From Patescibacteria group bacterium (GTDB taxonomy: Bacteria; Patescibacteriota; Microgenomatia; UBA8517): a DNA stretch of 64,000 nt. The DNA lies in NCBI GenBank assembly GCA_025999275.1, contig AP024680.1, positions 556,522-620,521 on the forward strand, written 5' to 3'. Positions 27,730 through 36,895 of the stretch are shown piece after piece. Under the pieces are notes generated by a model. It was given only the letters and a program-made list of their open reading frames with translations, was not told where the DNA came from and ran no database searches. Both the position numbers and the translations under genes were made by a program. Position 1 is the first letter of the stretch. Each line of letters opens with the position of its first letter.

Positions 27730-29679
27730 ATGTTAGTTCCAATTTCCTGGCTCAAAGAATACGTAGAAATAAAAATGCCGCTTCAAGATTTGATGTGGCG
27801 CTTAACAGAGATTGGCTTAACTTGCGAAAGGACAGAAAAAATAAATGGAGAAGACGTCCTAGATATAGAAGTTACAGCCAATAGACCAGACTGGATGAGT
27901 ATTTTGGGTGTAGCTCAAGAGGTAGCGGCAATACAAAATACAAAAGTCAAAGAACCCGCTCTAAAAAAGATAAAAATACCCAAAGACAGCTGGCCAATAA
28001 AGCTCGAAAACAATTTTCAAGCAATAAGACGCTGGACAGGAATTATAATCTCAGATATTGAAATTAAACCTTCACCAACGTGGCTTCAAAAGAGATTAAT
28101 CTCAGTTAACTTAAGACCTATAAACAACGTTGTTGATATCACCAATTTTGTAATGTTTGAAATGGGCATCCCCATGCATGCCTTTGATTACGATGAGATT
28201 AAAGGGCATCTAATGAAAGTTGAGCTTGCCAAAGGGGGAGAGGATTTTACTAGCGTCGATGGAATTTCCTATAAACTTCCCAAAAATGCAATAATTATAA
28301 AGGATAACGAAAGAATTATTGATTTAGCAGGAATAAAAGGTGGTTTAAATTCGGGGATAAAACAAACCACAAAAAACATATTTCTCCATTCGACCATAAA
28401 CAATCCAGTCCTGATTAGGAGAGCTTCTATAGCCTTGGGTTTAAGAAGCGATGCATCTGCAATCTATGAAAGGGGACCAGATATAGGAGGAACTACAAAA
28501 GCCATAAACAGAGTGGTAGACCTAATACTTGAAACAGCAGGGGGAAAAGTCTCATCAAAAATTATTGATCTAAAAGATAAAGATTATAAACCATATAACC
28601 TTAAATTAAGACTTGATCGCCTAAGTAATGTACTAGGTATTAATATCAACAAAGAAAACGTGATTAAAATTCTTGACAGTCTCAATCTTAAACCCAAATT
28701 AAAAAATAAAGAAGTAATTTGCCTTATACCAACAAAGAGAAGTGATCTTAAGATTGAAGAAGATTTGATTGAAGAGGTTGCAAGAATCTACGGATATAAC
28801 AAATTTCCACTAACACTACCTCAAGGAGAGGTTAGAAAAGAAAAAATAGCTTATTTTCAAGACGATTCTATTCAAAAAAAATTACGCGAGATAATGATAT
28901 CCTCAGGATATTCAGAAACAATGAATTACTCACTGGTATCAGAAAAAACTATTAAAAATAGCCTTGGAAAGACCGAAAATCATATTAAAATAACAAACCC
29001 AGTAAGTGAGGAGTACCAATATCTTCGCACATCACTTCTACCAAGTTTAATTATGGCAACAAAGATCAACCAAGAAACAAAAATAAAATTATTTGAGATT
29101 GACAAAGTCTTTCCTGAAGAAAATTATAAAATATCAGCAGTTGCAAATGGAGTTGAATTTAGAGAATTCAAGGGTGTAATTGATCTAATACTAGAAAGGC
29201 TCCCGATTTCAGATTATGAAATAATATTTGAAACCAAAGACAATATTTGGCATCCAACAAAAAGCGCAACCATTAAGATAAATGATAAAGAAATTGGCTA
29301 CTTTGGTGAAATCAATCCTCAAGTAAAAGAAAATTTTGGTATAAAAGATATGCTTTGGGCATTTGAGCTTGATATAGAAACTTTACATAAAAATATAAAA
29401 CAAAAGATATATAGACCTATAAGTAACTATCCCCCGCAAATTGAGGATCTAACTTTTACGTTTCCCGCCAAAACAAGGATAAGAGAAGTCATAAATTCAA
29501 TTAAAAAAACCAGTCAATTAATCAAAAAAGTGGAGTTGATAGATATATTTGAAAATGCCTTTACATTCAGAATAATTTACCAGAGTTTTCAAAAAACCCT
29601 AGATAATAAAACTGTAAAGAGAATCAGAGAAAAAATAATAAGAAATTTGAACAAAAATTACGCGGGAAAAATAAAATAA
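27730..29679 (+). CDS. pheT: phenylalanine--tRNA ligase beta subunit, short form (649 aa)
   Basis: N-terminal MLVPISWLKEYVEI, B3/4 and B5-like regions, C-terminal anticodon-binding-like domain. 1-nt gap after pheS. Confidence 0.85.
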   Translation: MLVPISWLKEYVEIKMPLQDLMWRLTEIGLTCERTEKINGEDVLDIEVTANRPDWMSILGVAQEVAAIQNTKVKEPALKKIKIPKDSWPIKLENNFQAIRRWTGIIISDIEIKPSPTWLQKRLISVNLRPINNVVDITNFVMFEMGIPMHAFDYDEIKGHLMKVELAKGGEDFTSVDGISYKLPKNAIIIKDNERIIDLAGIKGGLNSGIKQTTKNIFLHSTINNPVLIRRASIALGLRSDASAIYERGPDIGGTTKAINRVVDLILETAGGKVSSKIIDLKDKDYKPYNLKLRLDRLSNVLGININKENVIKILDSLNLKPKLKNKEVICLIPTKRSDLKIEEDLIEEVARIYGYNKFPLTLPQGEVRKEKIAYFQDDSIQKKLREIMISSGYSETMNYSLVSEKTIKNSLGKTENHIKITNPVSEEYQYLRTSLLPSLIMATKINQETKIKLFEIDKVFPEENYKISAVANGVEFREFKGVIDLILERLPISDYEIIFETKDNIWHPTKSATIKINDKEIGYFGEINPQVKENFGIKDMLWAFELDIETLHKNIKQKIYRPISNYPPQIEDLTFTFPAKTRIREVINSIKKTSQLIKKVELIDIFENAFTFRIIYQSFQKTLDNKTVKRIREKIIRNLNKNYAGKIK

Positions 29680-29681
29680 TT

Positions 29682-30026
29682 TCAAATCTTTTTAACCCTT
29701 ACACCTTCATTTGAAGGAGTTATTCTCTCAGTAATATAACGGACCCCTTTTAACAACGATTCGTCTTCTTCTAACAAATCATCGTTAGGAGGAAAAAGAA
29801 TATCTCTCTCGTTGTCAAAATCTTCTCTACTCAAAATACCCAATTTTAGCTTCATGCGTAAACACCACCACTGATGTAATAGATTTTCGACCCTTTCGTC
29901 GGGAAACTCTTCAATACCAAGATGATCTAAAAGAGAATGCCTCCATTCAGACCAAAAAGGACCACCAAAGAGTTTCGCTTCTTCTTCATCAACAGGGCAA
30001 CAATGTCTTGTTATTTCTCTTGTCAT
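29682..30026 (-). CDS. hypothetical small acidic Trp-rich protein, compositionally atypical
   Basis: 114 aa, pI acidic, 6 Trp and 3 Cys, Lys-poor. No recognisable domain. Convergent with pheT. Confidence 0.35.
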   Translation of the reverse strand: MTREITRHCCPVDEEEAKLFGGPFWSEWRHSLLDHLGIEEFPDERVENLLHQWWCLRMKLKLGILSREDFDNERDILFPPNDDLLEEDESLLKGVRYITERITPSNEGVRVKKI

Positions 30027-30086
30027 ACAAATATTGCCTTATTAGCAAATATTATAAAACACTTTGTCAAATCTTATAAGCTAATA

Positions 30087-32702
30087 TCAAATAACAGGAG
30101 TAGGGGAAGGGGTTAAATTAAAACCGGGGCTTTGAGTGGGGACAGGAGTACTTGGCACATAGTCCCAATTAACACCCACGCCTATTGTTATCTCTTTTTC
30201 TGACTGATGGCCATCTTTATCTTTCGCTTTCACCTTTAGCTTATGAACGCCATTATCCAAGTTAACAATAACATTATATGGTGGTTTATCAAAAGATTTA
30301 AAGATTTTGCCATCTATCTCAAGAGAAACATTTTTAATATCAGAGGTTGAATCAGCTAATAACATCACCTCAAAACTATTAGACAAATTAGAATCCTTGT
30401 CTTTAGGATTTTTAAAATCAACCATCAACGGATTTGAAGAACCACAATAATCAGTTGGCGGATGATATCTGGGATCGGTTTGGGTAGATAACCAATTTAA
30501 TATTGCCTCCTGCCATTTGTTTGGCCCGCCACCTGAGGTTGGATCTTCTTCCTTAAAAATAAAGTATTCTTTTTCCTCATAATTTCCACTCTCAATATCA
30601 GCTGGGGTTGCTATTTTACCATCTGTTTTACAAACTTTTAATTTAACATGGACAGGATCATCGCCGGGTTCAGTACCTTTAATAAAGATTTCAGGTCTTG
30701 AGGGAAAACCATCATGAGCTCTATAACCCGAAACAACATCCACATCCACAGTTTCAATCCCATCAGGCCGCTCAAAACCTATATTTGGTTTGCCTGAAAG
30801 AGATTCAAGCAATATCCTTCTCCAGATAGGAGATGCTCCCGAAACTCCTGAAGCCACTTGTTTCATCTCCGAATTATCATTGTTGCCAACCCAAACCCCA
30901 ACCATTACTTGAGTATTCCCTCCAATAGCCCAGTTATCTCTCTTATCATTAGTTGTTCCTGTTTTTACCATTACAGTCCTTCCAGGAATATTTAAAAGAG
31001 AATTAGGACCAAAGACATCTTTTCTAGCATCATTATCAGAAAGAATATTGGCCACTAGATAAGCAACCTGAGGGCTAATTACTGGATTTAGCTTTTTGGG
31101 TTTTACCTCTTCTAGAACTTTGCCATTTATATCCTCAACTTTCAAAATAGCTATCGGATTGACACGATAGCCCTGATTAACAAACGCGCAATAAGCTCCT
31201 GTCAACTCTAACAACCTTACCTCACCACCTCCCAATGTCAAAGAAAGGCCCAACTTGCTTAAAGTATCTTCTGATGGCTCAAGCGAATTAATACCCAAAT
31301 CATAAGCCAAACTCAGAACATTTTTAATTCCAACCATTGCTAATATCTTTACAGCCGGAATATTAAGAGAATTTCCCAAAGCATATCTGACCTGAACAGG
31401 ACCGCGATACTTACCATCATAATTAGCAGGTTTATAAGGTTTACCCCCCTGACCAGTCCCAAACTCAGTTGGAACATCCATTAAAAGGGTAGAAGGGGTA
31501 TAACCCTTCTTAAAAGCAGCTGCGTAAGTTATTGGTTTTATTGCAGATCCGGGCTGACGTAGAGAAAGAGTTACATTCACCTGACCATCATAATTTGGGT
31601 CAGAAAAGTTTTTAGAACCAACCATAGCCAAGATCTCTCCTGTCTCGGGATCTAAAACAACAGAAGCCCCATTTGTGATATTTAACTTCTCAACTTTAGA
31701 GATTTCTTCCTTAACAATACTTTCAGCTTTCTCTTGAAGTTTTAAATCAAGAGTCGTCGTAACACGCAAACCCCCATTCTCAACCACTTCTTGGCCATAC
31801 TTTTCCTCTAGTATCTTCTGTATATACTGAACAAAATGAGGAGCTTTAAAACCCACCTCTCTTGGTTTAAATGTAACATTGGGCAATTGATCTAAAGCCT
31901 CCTTCTCCTGTTCGGCAGTAATGTAACCATCCTCCCTCATTCTACGCAAGACTGCTTTGGTTCTTTCAATATAAGCTTTAGGCGTAGAAGAGTAGGGAGA
32001 ATAAACAGAAGGCCGTTGAGGAAGCCCAGCCAATATTGCTGATTCTACCAAATCAAGATCTTTAACTTTTTTGCCAAAATACATTTCAGAAGCCGTTTCC
32101 ACACCCCACGCTGTTCCTCCATAAGGAGCTTCGTTTAAGTACATCTGCAAGATCTGATCTTTCGTATATTTTCTCTCTATTTGAACTGCCAAGATAAACT
32201 CCCTGATCTTGCGAAAAATTGTCCTTTCAGAACTCAAGAGAGTGTTCTTTACCAGCTGTTGAGTTAAAGTTGAACCACCCTGAAGTTTGTGACGAAACAC
32301 AATATTAAAGATCGCTCGCAAATAGCCAGTGACATCAAATCCTTGGTGTTTGTAAAAATTCTTATCTTCGATTGCCACTGTCGCTTGTTTTAAATAAAGG
32401 GGGATATCTTCAAAAGCAACTGGCGTTCTTCTTTTGTCTTGAAATATGTCGTATAAAACTTCTCCATTCCTATCTAGAATCTTAGTAGAATAACCTTCTC
32501 GACGAACAACTTTATCAGGAGAGGGAAGATTAAAAGCAAAAAGAGGAATCAAAATCAAAAAGGCAATAAATAAGGCCAATAAAGAGAGGAAAGCAATTTT
32601 GGCAAAAAACAAAACCCTTCGACTTTTTTCAAGCCGTTGGGAACTAGAAACAGTAAAGCGCGAGATTTTTTTCCTCCTTAAAACTCTTTTCCAATTTGCC
32701 AT
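30087..32702 (-). CDS. mrcA: class A penicillin-binding protein (GT51 transglycosylase plus transpeptidase) with C-terminal Ig-like extension. The start is moved to the internal Met (MANWKR) because the ORF-track N-terminus is encoded by the intergenic repeat.
   Basis: GT51 motifs (EDKNFYKHQGFD, QGGSTLTQQLVKN). Transpeptidase motifs SAIK (SxxK), SLN, KTGT. Single N-terminal TM segment. Confidence 0.9.
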   Translation of the reverse strand: MANWKRVLRRKKISRFTVSSSQRLEKSRRVLFFAKIAFLSLLALFIAFLILIPLFAFNLPSPDKVVRREGYSTKILDRNGEVLYDIFQDKRRTPVAFEDIPLYLKQATVAIEDKNFYKHQGFDVTGYLRAIFNIVFRHKLQGGSTLTQQLVKNTLLSSERTIFRKIREFILAVQIERKYTKDQILQMYLNEAPYGGTAWGVETASEMYFGKKVKDLDLVESAILAGLPQRPSVYSPYSSTPKAYIERTKAVLRRMREDGYITAEQEKEALDQLPNVTFKPREVGFKAPHFVQYIQKILEEKYGQEVVENGGLRVTTTLDLKLQEKAESIVKEEISKVEKLNITNGASVVLDPETGEILAMVGSKNFSDPNYDGQVNVTLSLRQPGSAIKPITYAAAFKKGYTPSTLLMDVPTEFGTGQGGKPYKPANYDGKYRGPVQVRYALGNSLNIPAVKILAMVGIKNVLSLAYDLGINSLEPSEDTLSKLGLSLTLGGGEVRLLELTGAYCAFVNQGYRVNPIAILKVEDINGKVLEEVKPKKLNPVISPQVAYLVANILSDNDARKDVFGPNSLLNIPGRTVMVKTGTTNDKRDNWAIGGNTQVMVGVWVGNNDNSEMKQVASGVSGASPIWRRILLESLSGKPNIGFERPDGIETVDVDVVSGYRAHDGFPSRPEIFIKGTEPGDDPVHVKLKVCKTDGKIATPADIESGNYEEKEYFIFKEEDPTSGGGPNKWQEAILNWLSTQTDPRYHPPTDYCGSSNPLMVDFKNPKDKDSNLSNSFEVMLLADSTSDIKNVSLEIDGKIFKSFDKPPYNVIVNLDNGVHKLKVKAKDKDGHQSEKEITIGVGVNWDYVPSTPVPTQSPGFNLTPSPTPVI

Positions 32703-32723
32703 CAAAATAATTCTAGCATAAAA

Positions 32724-32850
32724 AGTAGTAGCAAGTAGCAAGGATAAAGAAATTAAGAATTATTAGTTAAGAATTATGAATAATGAGATATGGAGTATGG
32801 GAAGATAATTCAAAATTCAAAATTCAGAATTCAAATTTAAAAATTAAAAG
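32724..32850. repeat. intergenic modular repeat, locus B: AGTAGTAGCAAGTAGCAAGG, TTAAGAATTATGAATAATGAG, (AATTCAAAA)n block
   Basis: Same modules and order as locus A. Its 5' part overlaps the ORF-track N-terminus of the PBP gene. Confidence 0.65.
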
Positions 32851-32901
32851 TATTCTTACAACTTCTGTCTTTTGAATCTTAAACTATCCTTTTTACTGGA
32901 C

Positions 32902-32926
32902 CCTTTAAAGATTGAATCTTTAAAGG
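32902..32926. promoter_or_regulatory. perfect 10-bp inverted repeat CCTTTAAAGA-ttgaa-TCTTTAAAGG between the divergent PBP1a and tyrS genes (candidate operator)
   Basis: Perfect palindrome with a 5-nt spacer. No adjacent T-tract on either strand, so it is not a terminator. Confidence 0.3.
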
Positions 32927-32945
32927 TGCAAACAAAACACAGCTC

Positions 32946-32973
32946 TTTACTCAAAATAAATTTGAGCTAAAAT
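32946..32973 (+). promoter_or_regulatory. candidate promoter TTTACT-N16-TAAAAT for tyrS
   Basis: Hexamers at 32946..32951 and 32968..32973, 8 nt upstream of the tyrS ATG. Confidence 0.35.
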
Positions 32974-32980
32974 AGAACCA

Positions 32981-34123
32981 ATGAATGTAGAAGAAGTATT
33001 AACAAGAGGAGTAGAAGAAATATTACCTTCAAAAAAGGGCCTTGCTGATCTCATATCCAGAAGGAAGATTACCTTATACCAAGGCTTTGATCCAACAGCT
33101 GATTCTCTTCATATAGGACATTTAGCTGGAATCATGAAACTTAGGCAATTCCAAAAACTTGGCCACAAGGTAATTTTTCTAATCGGAGATTTTACCGCTC
33201 AAATAGGAGATCCCACCGGCAAAATTTCTGCGCGCAAAAAACTCACCAAAGAACAGGTTCAAAAAAATCTAAAAGGCTGGCTAAAAATAATCAGGCGTTT
33301 AATAGATTTCAAGGGTAAAAACAAAGCTATTATATCCTATAACTCCAAATGGAACGAAAAGATAACATTTGAGGATTTAATAGAAATAACAAGCAATTTC
33401 ACTGTTCAGCAAATGATAGAGCGTGACATGTTCCAAGAGAGAATAAAAATGGGTAATCCAATCTACCTCCATGAATTTTTATATCCAGTAGCTCAAGCCA
33501 TAGACAGTGTAAAGATGGGGGTAGATCTTGAAATAGGAGGAACTGACCAGCTTTTTAACATGTTGGCAGGTAGACAACTAGTAAAAGCGACAACAGGCAA
33601 AGAAAAATATGTGATGACACTAAAACTTTTGTCTGACAAAGAGGGGAAAAAAGTGGGCAAAACAGAAGGCAATGCAATTTTTCTTAATCAACCACCAGAA
33701 GATATATTTGGAGCAATAATGTCGTTCCCTGATCAAATACTAAAAACCGCTTTTGAACTCTTTACCGACCAGAATTTAGAGGCCTTAGAAAAGTCAATTA
33801 AGCAAGATCCAATGAGAGAAAAGAAAAGACTTGCATTTGAAATAACTAAGATAATCTACGGTGAAAGAAAAGCAGCAAATGCTCAAAAAATATTTGAAAA
33901 AAACTTTCAACAAAAAGCTCCCATTTATAATCTGAAAATCAAAAAGGGTAAAAATCTCTTAGAAACTGTCTCAAATGTTTTGAAAAGTAAATCCGAAGCC
34001 AAAAGACTTATCAACGCTGGTTCTGTTGATATTAACGAACAAACCGTTAAGAACTACTTAATCCCTGTAAGAAGTGGTGATAGAATAAAGATCGGCAAAA
34101 AGATATTTGCAATTGTAGAATAA
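32981..34123 (+). CDS. tyrS: tyrosine--tRNA ligase with C-terminal S4 domain
   Basis: HIGH motif (SLHIGHLAG), KMSKS-type KVGKT, C-terminal S4-like RLINAGSVDINEQTV. Confidence 0.85.
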   Translation: MNVEEVLTRGVEEILPSKKGLADLISRRKITLYQGFDPTADSLHIGHLAGIMKLRQFQKLGHKVIFLIGDFTAQIGDPTGKISARKKLTKEQVQKNLKGWLKIIRRLIDFKGKNKAIISYNSKWNEKITFEDLIEITSNFTVQQMIERDMFQERIKMGNPIYLHEFLYPVAQAIDSVKMGVDLEIGGTDQLFNMLAGRQLVKATTGKEKYVMTLKLLSDKEGKKVGKTEGNAIFLNQPPEDIFGAIMSFPDQILKTAFELFTDQNLEALEKSIKQDPMREKKRLAFEITKIIYGERKAANAQKIFEKNFQQKAPIYNLKIKKGKNLLETVSNVLKSKSEAKRLINAGSVDINEQTVKNYLIPVRSGDRIKIGKKIFAIVE

Positions 34124-34233
34124 TGTTCAGAAAAAAACATCGCAAATTACTAGTGATTATTGTTCTTATTGCCATATTAGGACTTATTTTATCCTCAATC
34201 TTGCCACTTTTAATTTACAGCCAAAGGTTTTAA
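34123..34233 (+). CDS. small hydrophobic protein (36 aa) absent from the 60-aa ORF track
   Basis: ATG overlaps the tyrS stop (TAATG). MFRKKHRKLLVIIVLIAILGLILSSILPLLIYSQRF is a single TM helix with a basic N-terminus. It ends 4 nt before the recG ATG. Confidence 0.35.
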   Translation: MFRKKHRKLLVIIVLIAILGLILSSILPLLIYSQRF

Positions 34234-34237
34234 TAAA

Positions 34238-36244
34238 ATGGATTTAAACGATCCTGTTACAAAACTCCCTCTTGTGGGGCATCATTATTCTTCACTACTT
34301 GAAAAAGCTAATATTTCAACCGTTTACGATCTTCTTTTTTATATTCCTTATCGCTATCTTGACTTCAGCAAAGAAACAGAAATAGCCAAAGCAAAAATAG
34401 GCGATATCGTTACTATCTGTGGCAAAGTAGTTGAGATTAAAAATACATACACAAAAAGAGGACTGACAATCCAAACCGCCAAAGTTATTGATAAAACTGG
34501 AGCAATCAATATTATCTGGTTCAACCAACCTTACTTAGTTAATAATATTAAAAAAAACGAGATATATTCTTTCGCGGGAAAGATAACATTATTTAAAAAC
34601 AAAAAAACTATAGTCTCACCGGAATATGAGAAAAAAGAAAAAAGTGGAATCCACACAGGAAGACTAGTACCCCTTTATAGCAGCATCAAAGGAATAACTT
34701 CCAAATGGTTAAGATCAAGGATTAACCAGGCGCTTGAAATATATAAAGATAAAATAGAAGAAAAATTGCCAACTTCTACTCTTAGAAAGCTAGGGTATCC
34801 AAAAATAAATGACGCATTTTGGTATATACACCATCCTCAAAATGAAGAGGAAATTAAAAAGGGAAGGGAAAGGTTGGCTTTTGAAGAATTCTTAAAACTT
34901 CAGATTACAAGCCTAATAAAGAAAATAAACTGGCAAAAAAACAACACCGCTCCCATATTAAAAAACAATCAAGAAACAATCAAGTCTTTCCTAAAACTCA
35001 TTCCTTTCGAATTAACCAGAAGCCAAGAAAGAAGTGTTAAAGAAATAGCAACTGATCTAAACAATAAAATCCCAATGAATCGGCTTTTAGAAGGGGATGT
35101 TGGAAGTGGAAAAACTATTGTTGCGGCATTTGCTTGTTTTTTAGCAGTCAAAAACAAGAAAAAATCAGTCCTAATGGCACCAACTGAGATTTTGGCGAAA
35201 CAGCACTACAACACTTTCAAAAAAATATTTGAAAAAGAAAAAATTGGAATAGGATTGGCAACAGCCTCAGAAAAAAAGAATCTTGAAAACTCAGACATAA
35301 TTATTGGAACCCACGCTTTAATCTATAAAAGTGTCAATTTTGATAAAATTGGCCTTATTGTAATTGACGAACAACACAAATTTGGAGTTAAACAAAGAGC
35401 TTCTTTGGTTGAAAAGGTAAAAAAGGGAGAATATCAACCCCACATCTTGACTATGACAGCAACCCCAATTCCTAGAACTATAGCTCTTACTGCCTATGGA
35501 AATCTCGACCTATCTTTGCTTGAAGAAATGCCAAAAGGTAAAAGAAATGTTGTAACCTGGATTGTTCCAGAAGAAAAAAGAATCCCAGCCTACCTTTGGA
35601 TAAAAGAAAAAATAGAAAAGGAAAGAGAACAGGTTTTTGTTGTTTGTCCATTAATTGAAGAGTCGGAAAAAGAAAGTATGAAGCAGATTAAAGCAGCAGA
35701 ATCTGAATATATAAAACTGAAAGAAATATTTAAGAACCAAAAAATAGGCCTTCTTCATGGAAAATTAAAAACTAAAGAAAAGGATGAAATAATTCAAAAA
35801 TACAAAAACGGAGAGATTAGTATATTAGTATCAACACCCGTTGTGGAAGTAGGAATTGATGTCCCTAATGCAAACATAATGATAATCGAGGCAGCAGATA
35901 GATTTGGATTGGCACAACTTCATCAACTAAGAGGAAGGGTGGGAAGAGGGGAAAAGAAGGGTTATTGTCTACTTTTTAGTGAAAGCCAGTCTAAAAAGGC
36001 CTACAAAAGGCTAGAGGCACTAAGAAAAGAGTCTTCGGGATTCAAATTAGCAGAGATTGACTTATCACTAAGGGGACCTGGTGAGGTTTGGGGAACAAAA
36101 CAACATGGCTTTCCAGAACTTAAAGTAGCTAAATGGTCAGACACGGAAATAATCAAAAAGGCAAGAGAGACTGCTGAAGAAATATTATCTAACAAAAATA
36201 AATATAAAAAGATAATATCAGAGTGGGAAAGCAAAATCGTTTAG
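34238..36244 (+). CDS. recG: ATP-dependent DNA helicase RecG
   Basis: Wedge/OB N-domain, helicase motif I GDVGSGKT, motif II DEQHKFG, RecG C-terminal TRG-like region. Confidence 0.9.
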   Translation: MDLNDPVTKLPLVGHHYSSLLEKANISTVYDLLFYIPYRYLDFSKETEIAKAKIGDIVTICGKVVEIKNTYTKRGLTIQTAKVIDKTGAINIIWFNQPYLVNNIKKNEIYSFAGKITLFKNKKTIVSPEYEKKEKSGIHTGRLVPLYSSIKGITSKWLRSRINQALEIYKDKIEEKLPTSTLRKLGYPKINDAFWYIHHPQNEEEIKKGRERLAFEEFLKLQITSLIKKINWQKNNTAPILKNNQETIKSFLKLIPFELTRSQERSVKEIATDLNNKIPMNRLLEGDVGSGKTIVAAFACFLAVKNKKKSVLMAPTEILAKQHYNTFKKIFEKEKIGIGLATASEKKNLENSDIIIGTHALIYKSVNFDKIGLIVIDEQHKFGVKQRASLVEKVKKGEYQPHILTMTATPIPRTIALTAYGNLDLSLLEEMPKGKRNVVTWIVPEEKRIPAYLWIKEKIEKEREQVFVVCPLIEESEKESMKQIKAAESEYIKLKEIFKNQKIGLLHGKLKTKEKDEIIQKYKNGEISILVSTPVVEVGIDVPNANIMIIEAADRFGLAQLHQLRGRVGRGEKKGYCLLFSESQSKKAYKRLEALRKESSGFKLAEIDLSLRGPGEVWGTKQHGFPELKVAKWSDTEIIKKARETAEEILSNKNKYKKIISEWESKIV

Positions 36245-36368
36245 AAACCACAAATTCAATTAAAAATTAAAGTGAAAAATCCAAAGTTAACTCAAACAAT
36301 TAAGTTGCTAGATGCCCTCCAATAGAGCAACCAGCTTGTCCCCAGTAGATAGTATAGAAATTTTAAAC

Positions 36369-36555
36369 TCTAAATCTTCCCTTACTACTTACTACTTACT
36401 CCTGTTTTCAATCTTCCCATAATTCATGCCCCATTATCCATAATTCATAAACCATAAATCTTAAATCTTGATCCCTTTCTCACTCGCTACTTTCTGCCTG
36501 CTATTTATTTGCCACAGTCTTTAATTTTTAACTTTGAATTTTGAACTTTGAACTC
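36369..36555. repeat. intergenic modular repeat, locus C (inverted orientation): CCCTTACTACTTACTACTTACTCC, CATAATTCAT modules, CTAAATC units, (TTTTGAACTTTGAA)n
   Basis: 36379..36402 is the exact reverse complement of 20104..20127. The other modules are reverse complements of the locus A/B modules. Confidence 0.7.
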
Positions 36556-36612
36556 TTATCCTAAAAAACAATATTCTATTGCCTCTAACTACCACAAGCC
36601 AAAAGTCAATCC

Positions 36613-36682
36613 TTAACTGTTAATCGCCAATTGTTAATCGTTAATTGTTAACCGTTAATTGTTAATTGTTAGATGTTAATTG
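36613..36682. repeat. tandem heptad array (TTAATTG)x10, with variants TTAATCG, TTAACCG, TTAGATG, CCAATTG, overlapping the -35 of the rpmF promoter
   Basis: Ten contiguous 7-nt units counted directly. The last unit supplies TTGTCA of the downstream promoter. Confidence 0.75.
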
Positions 36683-36708
36683 TCATCTTCCTGTTGCATT
36701 AATATAAT
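36680..36708 (+). promoter_or_regulatory. candidate sigma70 promoter TTGTCA-N17-TATAAT for rpmF-nusB-acp-like-rnc
   Basis: Hexamers at 36680..36685 and 36703..36708, 24 nt upstream of the rpmF ATG. Confidence 0.5.
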
Positions 36709-36731
36709 ATTTAAGAGTAAAATATAAGCCT

Positions 36732-36893
36732 ATGACACCGTTACCAAAGAGAAAGCACACAAGAAGTAGAAGTGGAAAAAGGCGAAACAGCCAGTCTAAT
36801 CGATTTCTTTTGCCAAACCTTGTTGTTTGCCCTAACTGCAAAAAATTAAAACTGCCACACAAGCTTTGTGGAAATTGCCAAATGTATAGTTAA
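36732..36893 (+). CDS. rpmF: 50S ribosomal protein L32 (53 aa, below the ORF-track cutoff)
   Basis: [53 protein letters not shown] matches the bL32 pattern (PKRK.S..R...RR, CPNCG..KLPH..C..CG.Y). Confidence 0.8.
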   Translation: MTPLPKRKHTRSRSGKRRNSQSNRFLLPNLVVCPNCKKLKLPHKLCGNCQMYS

Positions 36894-36895
36894 GG

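Noticed and set aside
36429-36437. DnaA-box-like TTATCCATA inside repeat locus C (considered as oriC)
   Set aside because: Single near-match lacking the CAC core of the consensus TTATCCACA. No dnaA gene or clustered boxes in the window.
36613-36682. Possible CRISPR array
   Set aside because: The units are 7 nt and contiguous with no spacers. This is a microsatellite, not repeat-spacer architecture. No cas genes in the window.
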